This document shows positions 20,128 through 32,149 of a stretch of 46,637 nucleotides of DNA, one piece after another. The DNA comes from Burkholderiales bacterium (GTDB lineage Bacteria > Pseudomonadota > Gammaproteobacteria > Burkholderiales > JACQAP01), in the NCBI GenBank assembly GCA_050741735.1, contig JBOIFZ010000099.1, forward strand, positions 1 to 46,637. The letters are read 5' to 3'. Both the position numbers and the translations under genes were made by a program. Numbering within the stretch: the first letter of the stretch is position 1; every line of letters begins with the position of its first letter. Under the pieces are notes generated by a model that was not told where the DNA came from, searched no databases, and worked only from the letters and a program-made list of their open reading frames with translations.

Positions 20128-20313
20128 ATGTTGGTCCTGAGAATCTTCGGCGCGCTGCTGGTGATTACTTTGGGCGTATCCTTGGTTGGATATGTCGTGA
20201 CCAGAGATCGCCGGTGGCTGCGCTTCACCGCCCGCACGCTCGTCATCGGCTTTGTTACCGTGTTGATTTTGATGGTTTTATATGCTCTTGAACGGCTAGT
20301 CGTGGTGGTCTGA
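20128..20313 (+). CDS. Hypothetical small membrane protein (2 predicted TM helices)
   Basis: Sequence MLVLRIFGALLVITLGVSLVGYVV...LVIGFVTVLILMVLYAL. The start was chosen at the Met just before the first TM helix. No family recognised. Confidence 0.4.
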   Translation: MLVLRIFGALLVITLGVSLVGYVVTRDRRWLRFTARTLVIGFVTVLILMVLYALERLVVVV

Positions 20314-20766
20314 CAAACGCATCTTGCGACGGCCGAGGCGCTCCAGGGCAGATTTGAGGGGCGACGTGTCCAGAGTCGCGGAAAATTCAGAGATCGCTTG
20401 GCGGGCCGTCGGGCTTAAAGAAATTTGTTTTTGTGGCAATGGGTTATGAAGAATCCTTAGTTGCACTTGTACACGAATTCCGGTAACCTCATGTCCCCGT
20501 TGTCGGAAAAACACCAAGATTCGCGGCGCGAGTTGTTTCAGTTTGGCGGCGGCGGCGCCATTGTCAGCGAACAGAACCAGTTCATCGGCAGCTGAAAGAG
20601 CGACCGTGGTCGAAGTGGCCAGGCTGTCGGGCAGCACTTCAGTCAATATGCTTTGCAGGGCAAGCAGCCGGCGAACCTGGCGGTTGAGGCCTTGCAATTG
20701 CGGAACTCTATCGATGAGCAGGCCGATGCGTTCGCTGGTCACGGCTGGCTGAGTCCTTGAAGGCAC
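20296..20766 (-). CDS. DUF721 domain protein (DciA-like, putative helicase-loader family)
   Basis: 156 aa. The pattern ...LVLFADNGAAAAKLKQLAPRIL... resembles DUF721 proteins commonly found beside secA/lpxC in proteobacteria. The call rests on memory and synteny. GTG start. Confidence 0.6.
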   Translation of the reverse strand: MPSRTQPAVTSERIGLLIDRVPQLQGLNRQVRRLLALQSILTEVLPDSLATSTTVALSAADELVLFADNGAAAAKLKQLAPRILVFFRQRGHEVTGIRVQVQLRILHNPLPQKQISLSPTARQAISEFSATLDTSPLKSALERLGRRKMRLSDHHD

Positions 20767-20778
20767 AGAAGGGGACGG

Positions 20779-21696
20779 ATGAATATTATTCTGGTTTCCA
20801 ACAAATTCACGCAGGCGCGCAGCTTCGCTGTCAGCACGCCCCAGGTCATCTTCCTGGGGCTCTTGCTCGGTCTTCTGGTGGTGTCACTGGCCGTCCTGAT
20901 GAATTACTTCTCGCTGCGTTATGCAGTCACCAACCAGAGCCCGTATCTGCAGACCCTGCTGGAGGCGGTACAAGCCGAACAGACCCGCAAGACCCAGTCC
21001 TACCTGCGCGAAAGCCTGAATACCATGGCCGCACGGCTGGGGGAAATGCAGGCGAAGTTGCAGCGGCTCGACATGCTGGGCAAGCGCCTCACCAAGCTTG
21101 CTGGCATCAAGCCGCAGGAATTCATGTTCGACCAGGCGCCGGCGCGCGGTGGCGCGGTATCCACCATCCCTTCGAAGGAACTCTCGATGGGCGAGCTTGG
21201 CGAAAATCTGGACCAATTGGCGCAACAGGTCGATGATCGAACCGACAAGCTCGGTGTCCTGGAATCGATGTTGACGCTGGTGCACGCGAAACAGCAGTTG
21301 CTGCCGACCCAGCTTCCGGTCAACACCGGCTGGTACTCCTCGAACTTTGGCTGGCGCATCGACCCGTTCACTGGATGGAATGCCTTCCACGAAGGAATGG
21401 ACTTCATGGCGCAGGAAGGCGTGGCGGTCACTTCCGCTGCCGGCGGCGTCGTGGTGTTTTCGGGCCCGCATCCTCAGTATGGTAATATGATTGAGATCGA
21501 TCACGGCAACGGTTTGATCACGCGTTACGCTCATGCGTCCAAGCTGACTGCAAAGGTCGGAGATGTGGTTCTGCGCGGCCAGAAGATTGCCGAAGTCGGC
21601 AATACCGGCCGGTCGACCGGAATGCATCTGCATTTCGAAGTGCGTCAATCGGGAGCCCCACAGAATCCCGCGCGCTTCCTTCAAGTGCCGGGCTGA
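20779..21696 (+). CDS. M23 family (LytM-domain) metallopeptidase, membrane anchored
   Basis: 305 aa. An N-terminal TM helix, a coiled-coil, then M23 motifs HEGMDF, IEIDHGNG and GRSTGMHLHFEV. Confidence 0.9.
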   Translation: MNIILVSNKFTQARSFAVSTPQVIFLGLLLGLLVVSLAVLMNYFSLRYAVTNQSPYLQTLLEAVQAEQTRKTQSYLRESLNTMAARLGEMQAKLQRLDMLGKRLTKLAGIKPQEFMFDQAPARGGAVSTIPSKELSMGELGENLDQLAQQVDDRTDKLGVLESMLTLVHAKQQLLPTQLPVNTGWYSSNFGWRIDPFTGWNAFHEGMDFMAQEGVAVTSAAGGVVVFSGPHPQYGNMIEIDHGNGLITRYAHASKLTAKVGDVVLRGQKIAEVGNTGRSTGMHLHFEVRQSGAPQNPARFLQVPG

Positions 21697-21720
21697 GCGA
21701 ACTGCAAGACGATTTCAGCG

Positions 21721-21758
21721 GAGGGGTGGGGGCAGGCGTCCCCACCCCTCTTGCTTTG
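21721..21758 (+). terminator. Perfect 11-bp G/C hairpin followed by ttgctttg, between the M23 peptidase gene and secA
   Basis: gaggggtgggg (21721-21731) pairs with ccccacccctc (21740-21750) across an 8-nt loop. The T-tract is interrupted, so this may be a terminator, an attenuator or just a stable stem. Confidence 0.45.
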
Positions 21759-21773
21759 AGGAAGCTGTGTTGA

Positions 21774-24491
<2,718 letters not shown>

Positions 24492-24571
24492 GCGAAGCGG
24501 ATGCGTGAGGGTCGAGCCACCGTGCGCGGCGCGCCGGCAAATACCGAGAGCGGACAGGCCGGAGCCGGCAA

Positions 24572-25798
24572 ATGGCGGTAAATCTGTGCGCTCCTGATCC
24601 TGCGACGCTGCTGCCGGTGAAGGGCGTGCGCCTGGGCATCGCCGAAGCCGGTATCCGCAAGACCAATCGCAAGGACCTGATGCTGATGACCCTGTCCAAG
24701 GGGACGCGGGTTGCCGGCGTGTTCACCCGCAACCGCTTCTGCGCCGCACCGGTCACAGTGGCGAAGGCGCATCTGCAGACCGGCTCGATTCAGGCGCTGG
24801 TCGTCAATACCGGCTGCGCCAACGCCGGTACCGGCGAGGACGGTCTGGCGCGCGCCAGGCAGACCTGCAACGAGGTCGCCTCGCTGCTCGGTTGCACACC
24901 GGAACAAGTGCTGCCGTTTTCCACCGGCGTCATCATGGAGCCGCTTCCGGTCGATCGCATCGCCGCCGGGCTGCCGCGCTGCGTCGCCGCGCTCGCGGAG
25001 ACAAACTGGGAGGCGGCGGCGCAGGCGATCATGACCACCGACACCGTGCCGAAGGCGCACTCGAAGCGCATCGACATCGGCGGCCATGGCGTGACCGTAA
25101 CGGGTATCGCCAAGGGTTCGGGAATGATCCGGCCGAACATGGCGACCATGTTGGGCTTCGTGGCTACTGATATAGCTGTTGGCCAGACGCTGCTGCAGCA
25201 GGCGACCGCCTACGCCGCGGAACGCTCGTTCAACTGCGTGACTGTCGATGGCGACACCTCCACCAACGATGCATTCATTCTGGCGGCCACCGGCCGGTCC
25301 GGCGCGCCGGAGATCGCCAGTTCCGACTCCCAGGAATTCAGGCTGTTCCTCGATGCGGTGACCGAAGTGGCGGGCTTTCTGGCGCAGGCGCTGGTGCGCG
25401 ACGGCGAAGGCGCAACCAAGTTCATCACCATATGCGTCGAAGGCGGAATGAACGAGACCGAATGCCGCAAGGTCGGTTACGCCATTGCCCACTCGCCGCT
25501 GGTAAAGACGGCGTTCTTCGCTTCAGATCCCAATCTCGGCCGCATACTCGCGGCGATTGGTTACGCCGGCATCGACGATCTCGACGTTGCCAAAGTCGAT
25601 TTGTACCTCGGCGATGTGTTGGTGGCGCTGGGCGGCAGCCGCGCACCGGCCTACCGCGAAGACGATGGCAAGCGAGTGATGAAACAGCAGGAGATCACAG
25701 TGCGCGTGGGGCTCAACCGCGGGGCTTCGGCGGCCACGGTGTGGACCTGCGATCTGTCACACGATTACGTGAGCATCAATGCCGACTATCGCAGTTGA
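24572..25798 (+). CDS. argJ: Bifunctional glutamate N-acetyltransferase / amino-acid acetyltransferase ArgJ
   Basis: 408 aa. The autoprocessing-site region [10 protein letters not shown] (catalytic Thr) and the tail [15 protein letters not shown] are present. Confidence 0.95.
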   Translation: MAVNLCAPDPATLLPVKGVRLGIAEAGIRKTNRKDLMLMTLSKGTRVAGVFTRNRFCAAPVTVAKAHLQTGSIQALVVNTGCANAGTGEDGLARARQTCNEVASLLGCTPEQVLPFSTGVIMEPLPVDRIAAGLPRCVAALAETNWEAAAQAIMTTDTVPKAHSKRIDIGGHGVTVTGIAKGSGMIRPNMATMLGFVATDIAVGQTLLQQATAYAAERSFNCVTVDGDTSTNDAFILAATGRSGAPEIASSDSQEFRLFLDAVTEVAGFLAQALVRDGEGATKFITICVEGGMNETECRKVGYAIAHSPLVKTAFFASDPNLGRILAAIGYAGIDDLDVAKVDLYLGDVLVALGGSRAPAYREDDGKRVMKQQEITVRVGLNRGASAATVWTCDLSHDYVSINADYRS

Positions 25799-25801
25799 GC
25801 A

Positions 25802-26689
25802 ATGAGCGAAATCGACCGACTGATCAAACGCGCCGAACAGGTGCTGGAACGCCTCGAGGCCGCGCTGCCGCCCAAGCTGCCGGAACCGGATTGGAAGGCG
25901 GCGCCGGCGTACCGCTGGCGCAAGCGCAACGGCCGCGGCTTCCTGCAGCCGGTGACGCATCCGCACAGGATCCGGCTCACCGACCTGCAGGGGATCGACG
26001 AGCAGATCCGCCTGGTCGAACAGAATACCCGGCAGTTCCTCGAAGGGCTGACCGCGAACGACGTGCTGCTCACCGGCGCGCGCGGCACCGGCAAGTCCTC
26101 GCTGGTAAAGGCCGTTCTCAACAAATTCTCGGCGAAGGACTTGCGCCTGATCGAGGTGGAGAAACAGGATCTGATGGATCTGCCGGACATTGTCGATCTG
26201 GTCGCCGATGCGCCGTACAAATTCATCCTGTTCTGCGACGACCTGTCCTTTGACGCCGACGAGCCGGGTTACAAGGCGCTGAAAGTCGTCCTCGACGGTT
26301 CGATCTCGGCGACCTCGGAAAATCTGCTGATCTACGCCACTTCAAACCGCCGCCACCTGATGCCCGAGTACATGCAGGAGAACCTCGAAACCAAGTATCT
26401 TGGCGAGGAAATCCATCCCGGCGAGAGTGTCGAGGAAAAGATTTCGCTGTCTGAGCGTTTCGGCCTGTGGGTTTCCTTCTATCCTTTTGATCAGGACGAG
26501 TACCTGGTGATCGTGGACTACTGGCTCGGGCAACTCGGCGTGGGTGAACGCGATCGCGCGAAGGCCCGCCACGAGGCCTTGCAATGGGCGCTCACCCGCG
26601 GTTCGCGCAGCGGGCGCGTGGCGTGGCATTTCGCGCGCGACTGGGCGGGAAAACTAAGGATGAAGGGTGAAGGCGGAAGGCGGAAGTAA
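25802..26689 (+). CDS. DUF815-family AAA ATPase
   Basis: 295 aa. Walker A GARGTGKSS. Architecture and position after argJ are as in many beta/gamma-proteobacteria. The tail MKGEGGRRK is encoded by heptamer repeats. Confidence 0.85.
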   Translation: MSEIDRLIKRAEQVLERLEAALPPKLPEPDWKAAPAYRWRKRNGRGFLQPVTHPHRIRLTDLQGIDEQIRLVEQNTRQFLEGLTANDVLLTGARGTGKSSLVKAVLNKFSAKDLRLIEVEKQDLMDLPDIVDLVADAPYKFILFCDDLSFDADEPGYKALKVVLDGSISATSENLLIYATSNRRHLMPEYMQENLETKYLGEEIHPGESVEEKISLSERFGLWVSFYPFDQDEYLVIVDYWLGQLGVGERDRAKARHEALQWALTRGSRSGRVAWHFARDWAGKLRMKGEGGRRK

Positions 26690-26690
26690 G
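26656..26690 (+). repeat. Five tandem heptamers aaggatg aagggtg aaggcgg aaggcgg aagtaag, spanning the stop of the DUF815 gene
   Basis: Read directly. Two reverse-orientation units catcctt catcctt lie at 26721-26734, just before the Nudix ATG. Confidence 0.75.
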
Positions 26691-26740
26691 CGATCCAACC
26701 CCAAGTCCGGGAATTCCCGTCATCCTTCATCCTTTGTCCT

Positions 26741-27670
26741 ATGGATGTGGTGGACGTTGCGGCCGCGGTGATCGAGCGCGACGACGGCAGCTTTCTCCTG
26801 GCGCAAAGACCGCGGGGGAAGGCCTACGCCGACTACTGGGAGTTTCCCGGCGGCAAAGTCGAATCCGGCGAGCCTGTCGCCGAGGCGCTAAGGCGCGAAC
26901 TCCACGAGGAGCTGGGCATCGACCTGGTGCAGGCCTATCCCTGGATTACCCGCGTTTACAGCTACCCGCACGCGACCGTGCGCCTGCACTTTCATCGCGT
27001 GTTGAAATGGCAGGGTGAGCCGCATCCGCACGAGGAACAGGCGCTGGCCTGGCAACGCTGCGGCGCGTTGTCGGTCGCGCCTATGCTTCCGGCCAATGTG
27101 CCGGTCCTGAAAGCACTGTCGCTGCCTATCGTTTACGCCATCACCCATGCCTGGGAAACAGGGGTCGGGCGCGCGCTTGCGCAGCTCGACGACGCACTCG
27201 CGAAGGGGCTGCGTCTAGTGCAAATCAGGGAAGGAAAACTCGAGCCACCGGCGCGCGAGGTTTTCGCTGCACAAGTCACGCGGCGCGTGCATGCCTTGGG
27301 GGGAATTGTCCTGGTCAACGGCGACGAACAACTGGCTGGACGGATCGGTGCGGATGGCCTGCACCTGCCCGCGCAAGCGTTGATGGCGGCTCGGCAGCGG
27401 CCGCAATTCGAATGGTGCGGCGCCTCCTGTCACGATGCGGCCGAACTAGCGCGCGCAGCGGAACTCGGCGTGGATTTCGCAGTGCTCGGGCCGGTCCTGG
27501 AAAAGCCCGGTCAACCGGACCTGCCCGGGATCGGCCTGCAGCGCTTCGGCGATCTCGCAGGCGGACTCCCACTGCCGGTGTTCGCGCTTGGCGGGATGCG
27601 ATTGTCCGATCTCGACAGCGCGCGTGCGCGCGGTGCGCACGGGGTGGCCATGATCCGCGGCGCGTGGTAG
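26741..27670 (+). CDS. Nudix hydrolase (MutT-like) fused to a ThiE/TenI-like domain
   Basis: 309 aa. Nudix box GGKVESGEPVAEALRRELHEELGI. The C-terminal half has a TMP-synthase-like pattern (...GADGLHL..., ...FALGG...). Confidence 0.88.
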   Translation: MDVVDVAAAVIERDDGSFLLAQRPRGKAYADYWEFPGGKVESGEPVAEALRRELHEELGIDLVQAYPWITRVYSYPHATVRLHFHRVLKWQGEPHPHEEQALAWQRCGALSVAPMLPANVPVLKALSLPIVYAITHAWETGVGRALAQLDDALAKGLRLVQIREGKLEPPAREVFAAQVTRRVHALGGIVLVNGDEQLAGRIGADGLHLPAQALMAARQRPQFEWCGASCHDAAELARAAELGVDFAVLGPVLEKPGQPDLPGIGLQRFGDLAGGLPLPVFALGGMRLSDLDSARARGAHGVAMIRGAW

Positions 27671-27689
27671 GCGGCCACTCGCAGCGCCG

Positions 27690-27890
27690 CTAACGCTCCT
27701 CGCCTTCAGACTTTCCGGCGTCTGCTTCCTCCTGGGGAATCCGGTAGCCCTCGGTGGCCCACTGGCCAAGGTCGATCAGCTTGCAGCGCTCGGAACAGAA
27801 CGGCCGGTAGGCGTTGGCCTCACTCCACGGCGTGGCGGTTCCGCACCGCGGGCAGTTCACCATCCGCGTTTTTTTTGGCTCGGCTTTCAT
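27690..27890 (-). CDS. yacG: DNA gyrase inhibitor YacG (zinc ribbon)
   Basis: 66 aa. CPRCGT...[15 protein letters not shown] is the YacG signature. Confidence 0.92.
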   Translation of the reverse strand: MKAEPKKTRMVNCPRCGTATPWSEANAYRPFCSERCKLIDLGQWATEGYRIPQEEADAGKSEGEER

Positions 27891-27906
27891 CGCGCTCAGG
27901 CATTCA

Positions 27907-28659
27907 TCACAGGTTGCAGAAAGTCAGTTCCAATTTCACGTCGTCGACGCTGGTGCGCCGCTGACTGCCGAAGGCAGTGGTGAAGCGCACATTGAGCGCA
28001 TACTTGTTGGCGCTGATTTCCGGTACGCAGTCGTATGCACTGTCCAGGCGGATGCGCAGCATCTGCGCCAGCCGGCCCGACATGGTCTGCTGGTACACCC
28101 CCTGATGCGCGAGCTCGCTGGTGGTCTTGCCGCTTTCCCGCAGCAATTTCAGGATGATCTGCACGCCGTTACAGACCGGCAGGAAGGGCGCGAGCCATTC
28201 GCCCAGATCAAGACGGCGCGCCTCGACGCTTTGATTGAGCCAGAAGTGGTAGGAAGGCAGATCGAACTGGCACACGCCGCCGGGTATGGCGGAGCGCTGC
28301 TTGATGCTCATCAACCAGTCGTTCTCGCGCAACTCCTGACCCGTTTTTCCCGATGAGAGATACATGTCGGAAATCGTTTTCTCGATGTCGGCAAGCACCG
28401 ATGACAAGGCCTCCTGGGCGATGGCGGGGTTGTTGCGCAACGCGTCGAGGTGTTGTTTCTGGCGCTCCAGTTCCTGCATCAGGTCGGACTTGAGATCGGC
28501 GCGGCCTCCGACATCGAGGATCTCGAACAGGGATGTCAACGCAACGTGATGTTCCTCCGGATCGCTTTTCGAGGCGAAATAGTGGGCGCGCTTGTACAGA
28601 TCCTCCAAGCGCAGCAGGGTGCGAATCCTCTCGTTTAACGGGAACTCGTAGCTGATCAC
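27907..28659 (-). CDS. zapD: Cell division protein ZapD
   Basis: 250 aa. [18 protein letters not shown] matches the ZapD (YacF) N-terminus. GTG start. Synteny with coaE and yacG. Confidence 0.9.
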   Translation of the reverse strand: MISYEFPLNERIRTLLRLEDLYKRAHYFASKSDPEEHHVALTSLFEILDVGGRADLKSDLMQELERQKQHLDALRNNPAIAQEALSSVLADIEKTISDMYLSSGKTGQELRENDWLMSIKQRSAIPGGVCQFDLPSYHFWLNQSVEARRLDLGEWLAPFLPVCNGVQIILKLLRESGKTTSELAHQGVYQQTMSGRLAQMLRIRLDSAYDCVPEISANKYALNVRFTTAFGSQRRTSVDDVKLELTFCNL

Positions 28660-28769
28660 AATGCGGGCGCGGCTACCGGAGTAAGGGCAAGTATTCCCGA
28701 AAAGCCTGTAAAAATAAAGCTGAATGCATGAACGCTGGATTCAGGCAATGCCCGCATGCGGCGCTGCCG

Positions 28770-29375
28770 CTAGCTTTCTGCGGCGAGATCCAGGTATTTG
28801 CGATGCAAGGCGGCGACTTGTGCCTCCAGGGCTGCAAGGTCGCCGTCGTTGCGAATCACGTCGTCGGCACGGCGCAGGCGCTCGGCCTGCCCGATCTGGG
28901 AGGCCATGATCGCCAGAATTTCTTCGCGCGGCAGATAGTTGCGTCGTCTGACGCGCTCGATCCGTGTCTCCTGATCACTGTCCACCACCAACACGCGCCG
29001 CACCTGCGTCTGATAAGCGCCCGATTCGAACAGCAGCGGTACCACCAGGATGACATAGGGTGCAGTCGAATTCGCGACCCGGCGCTCGGCTTCGCGCCGG
29101 ATCAGCGGATGCAGGATGGACTCCAGGTCCTTCTTCTCCCGTGCATCCTCGAATGCGAGCTTGCGCATCCGCGCGCGGTCCAGGGCGCCGTCTGCCGTTA
29201 CGTATTGCGGACCAAAGCGCCGTGCAATCTCGCCCACCGCCGCTTGTCCCGGCCCGGTCACCGCGCGCGCGATCTCGTCCGTGTCGACCACGTCGGCACC
29301 GAGGTGCGCGAACAGTTCGGCAACCGTGGTCTTCCCCGAGCCGATTCCTCCGGTGAGACCGACGGCAAAAGGCAT
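28770..29375 (-). CDS. coaE: Dephospho-CoA kinase
   Basis: 201 aa from the internal Met: MPFAVGLTGGIGSGKTTVAELF (P-loop). The 457-aa ORF-track version runs antisense through pilD and is rejected. Confidence 0.93.
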   Translation of the reverse strand: MPFAVGLTGGIGSGKTTVAELFAHLGADVVDTDEIARAVTGPGQAAVGEIARRFGPQYVTADGALDRARMRKLAFEDAREKKDLESILHPLIRREAERRVANSTAPYVILVVPLLFESGAYQTQVRRVLVVDSDQETRIERVRRRNYLPREEILAIMASQIGQAERLRRADDVIRNDGDLAALEAQVAALHRKYLDLAAES

Positions 29376-29377
29376 CG

Positions 29378-30268
29378 TCAGAACAGCTGCAGGTAAGTCC
29401 GGTTGATCGTCTCGCCCCAGAACAGCGCAACCAATCCCGCCGCGGCAATGTACGGCCCGAACGGAATCGGCGTGTTGCGGCCATGGCGGGCGAAAACGAT
29501 CAGGCCGATGCCGACGACCGCGCCGACCAAGGAGGACAGCAAGATCACCACCGGCAACATTTTCCAGCCCAGCCACGCACCGATCGCGGCGAGCAACTTG
29601 AAGTCGCCGTAGCCCATCCCCTCCTTGCCGGTGGCGAGCTTGAACAGCCAGTAAACGGCCCACAGCGACAGGTAGCCGGCGACGGTCCCGATGACCGCAC
29701 TTTGCAGCGGCACAAAGATTCCGTTCAGGTTCACCAGCAGTCCGAGCCAGATCAGCGGCAGAGTGATGTCGTCGGGCAGCAACTGCGTATCGAGGTCGAT
29801 GACCGTCAGTGCGATCAGAGACCACATCAGAAACAGGGCGCCCACCGTCGCCAGCGTCAGCCCGTAGCGCCAGCCGATGTAGCCGGAGAGGATGCCGCTC
29901 AGCGCCTCGACGATCGGGTAGCGGATGCTGATCGGCGCCTTGCACGCCGAACAACGTGCACGCAGGAAAAGATAACTCAGGATCGGAATGTTCTCCCAGG
30001 CGCGGATGCGATGGCCGCAATGCGGGCAGGTCGAGGGTGGCGTGACCAGGTTGTAGCGCACGGTGCCGCCCGTGCTTCTCAGCTTTGCCGCTGCATCGGC
30101 AGAACCTTTCTGCTGCAGAAGTTCGGCCGCCTGCGCGTCCCATTCGCGATCGAGCATTTGCGGCAGCCGGTGGATGACGACATTCAGAAAACTCCCGACC
30201 ATCAGTCCGAGCAGGGTGCAGACCAGCGTCAAGACTACCGGTTCATTCATGATGTCTATGAAGTTCAT
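29378..30268 (-). CDS. pilD: Prepilin peptidase / N-methyltransferase PilD (A24 family)
   Basis: 296 aa. Motifs GSFLNVVIHRLP, the CPHC...CSAC cysteine cluster, and GMGYGDFKLLAAIG. Confidence 0.94.
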   Translation of the reverse strand: MNFIDIMNEPVVLTLVCTLLGLMVGSFLNVVIHRLPQMLDREWDAQAAELLQQKGSADAAAKLRSTGGTVRYNLVTPPSTCPHCGHRIRAWENIPILSYLFLRARCSACKAPISIRYPIVEALSGILSGYIGWRYGLTLATVGALFLMWSLIALTVIDLDTQLLPDDITLPLIWLGLLVNLNGIFVPLQSAVIGTVAGYLSLWAVYWLFKLATGKEGMGYGDFKLLAAIGAWLGWKMLPVVILLSSLVGAVVGIGLIVFARHGRNTPIPFGPYIAAAGLVALFWGETINRTYLQLF

Positions 30269-30404
30269 GTTTCACTAATGGTGGGGTACCCGCATCGTGT
30301 CGTACCGGAACCGAGAGCACCGGCATTGAGGCCCGCAGTTGTGCATACGGTTTCCGGCATCGCAGGCGCGTTGCGCATCAGGCGGTTCGACGACGCCGTG
30401 CTGA

Positions 30405-30432
30405 TAAAAAAGCGCCCGAGCTCGTCGGGCGC
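30405..30432 (-). terminator. Rho-independent terminator after pilC
   Basis: On the minus strand, gcgcccga-cgagc-tcgggcgc (8-bp GC stem) is followed by ttttttat. It starts 24 nt after the pilC stop. Confidence 0.75.
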
Positions 30433-30456
30433 GCAATTGATCGAACCGGTCGCCGC

Positions 30457-31683
30457 CTATACGGCTTGGCCCATCTTGAAGATCGGCAGGTACATGGCGA
30501 TGACCATGCCGCCGATCAGCACGCCCAGAACCACCATGATCACCGGTTCCATCAGGCTGGACAAGGCTTCGACCGCATCGTCCACTTCCCCCTCGAAAAA
30601 GTCGGCAACCTTGCTGAGCATGCTGTCCAGAGCGCCCGACTCCTCGCCGATCGACACCATCTGAAGAACCATGTTCGGAAAGACGTTGGAGATGGTCATG
30701 GCGTTGGTGAGGCTCACGCCGGTACTCACGTCCTTCTGGATTTTCTTGGTGGCCTCGTAGTACACGTGGTTGCCTGCGGCGCCGGCTACCGAATCGAGCG
30801 CCTCCACCAGCGGCACGCCGGCTGCGAACATGGTGGACAACGTGCGGGTCCAGCGCGCGATGGTCGCCTTGCGGATCAGCGGGCCGAAAACCGGAATCTT
30901 GAGGAACAACCGGTCCATTACCATCTGCATTTTCACCGACCGCTTCCAGGTGTAGAAGAAGAACCATACGCCGAAGCCCACGCCGCCGAATATTGCCCAC
31001 CACCATTGTACGAAGATATCCGAAATCGCCATCACGAACAGTGTGGGCGCGGGGAGGTCGGCGCCGAAGGCCGAAAACAGATCCTTGAACGCCGGGATCA
31101 CGAAAATCATGATGACCGCGGTGATGATGAATGCCACCACGATGATCGACACGGGATAGAACAGCGCGGCCTTGATCTTGCTTTTGATTGCGAGGATCTT
31201 TTCCTTGTAAGTTGCCAGACGGTCCAGCAGGCTGTCGAGAATTCCAGCCTGCTCGCCGGCACCAACCAGGTTGCAGAACAGCGCGTCGAAATGCAGCGGA
31301 TACTTGCGGAAAGCGGCGTTCAGGCTGTTGCCGGTTTCCACTTCATTCTTGATGTCCATCAGCAGCCTGGCCACCGCGGGTTTGGAGTGCCCCTTGCCGA
31401 CGATATCGAAGGCCTGCAGCAAAGGCACGCCCGACTTCATCATTGTCGCCAGCTGGCGGGTGAAGAACGTGATGTCCTTGTCGGTGACCCTGCCGCCCAT
31501 CCCCATCCTCTGCCGCTTGATCTTGAGGACCGTGACGCCCTGGCGGCGCAGTACCGAATTGACCACTGCTTCGCCACCGGCGCGCATCTCGCCTTTGACC
31601 AGTCGGCCGGCTTTGTCCTTGCCTTCCCAGAGGTAGGAGTATTCCTTGATCCTGTCGCGCACTGCTCCTGCTGCCGTCGCCAT
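30457..31683 (-). CDS. pilC: Type IV pilus assembly platform protein PilC (GspF family)
   Basis: 408 aa. Duplicated GspF domains, three TM segments, and the C-terminal motif YLPIFKMGQAV. Confidence 0.94.
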   Translation of the reverse strand: MATAAGAVRDRIKEYSYLWEGKDKAGRLVKGEMRAGGEAVVNSVLRRQGVTVLKIKRQRMGMGGRVTDKDITFFTRQLATMMKSGVPLLQAFDIVGKGHSKPAVARLLMDIKNEVETGNSLNAAFRKYPLHFDALFCNLVGAGEQAGILDSLLDRLATYKEKILAIKSKIKAALFYPVSIIVVAFIITAVIMIFVIPAFKDLFSAFGADLPAPTLFVMAISDIFVQWWWAIFGGVGFGVWFFFYTWKRSVKMQMVMDRLFLKIPVFGPLIRKATIARWTRTLSTMFAAGVPLVEALDSVAGAAGNHVYYEATKKIQKDVSTGVSLTNAMTISNVFPNMVLQMVSIGEESGALDSMLSKVADFFEGEVDDAVEALSSLMEPVIMVVLGVLIGGMVIAMYLPIFKMGQAV

Positions 31684-31702
31684 AGCGTTACCTCGTCAAG
31701 TG

Positions 31703-32000
31703 TTATTCGTTGCTGCAGGCTTCGACGTCTTCGAGCGAAGTCATGCCCTGCCGTACCTTCAGCAATCCCGATTGCCGCAGGTCGCGGATACCCTCGCGCT
31801 GCGCCTGCTCGGCAATGTCGCTGGCGTTGCCGTGGTCATGATGATGCGGTTCAACGCGTCGCTGATCTTCATGACCTGGTCAATGCCGACCCGGCCCTTG
31901 TAGCCGGTGCCCTTGCACACGTCGCAGCCGACCGCCTGGTACGGTGTCCAGCGGTTTTCGCCTGAAACTTGGACGCCTTCGTGTCGCGCTCGGGCAGGAG
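31703..32000 (-). pseudogene. pilB: Remnant of type IV pilus ATPase gene pilB: only the C-terminal ~100 codons, with a 1-nt frameshift
   Basis: Minus-strand translation gives ...EGVQVSGENRWTPYQAVGCDVCKGTGYKGRVGIDQVMKISDALNRIIM, then a frame change at ~31835-31838, then DHGNASDIAEQAQREGIRDLRQSGLLKVRQGMTSLEDVEACSNE*. This is the GspE/PilB C-terminal Zn-finger region and tail. No Walker or N-terminal domains occur anywhere upstream before the next gene at 32150. Confidence 0.8.
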
Positions 32001-32149
32001 GCCCCGCTGCACCATGGCGCGGCCGAGGCCGGACAGCGTGCCTTCAAGCGTTGCTGCAACTATCCATATAGCCCGCGGTGGAAAACACCTGAATGATGCA
32101 CCCAGCGCCCCTTAAAGTAAAGGCGGAAGTCCTTGACTAATGGTCCTGA

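Noticed and set aside
20766-20779. Only 12 bp separate the divergent starts of the DUF721 gene and the M23 peptidase gene, considered as evidence of mis-annotation or a bidirectional control element.
   Set aside because: The M23 start has a good SD (aaggggac), and the DUF721 GTG start may simply be further in (next in-frame GTG at 20742). There is not enough evidence for a special regulatory claim.
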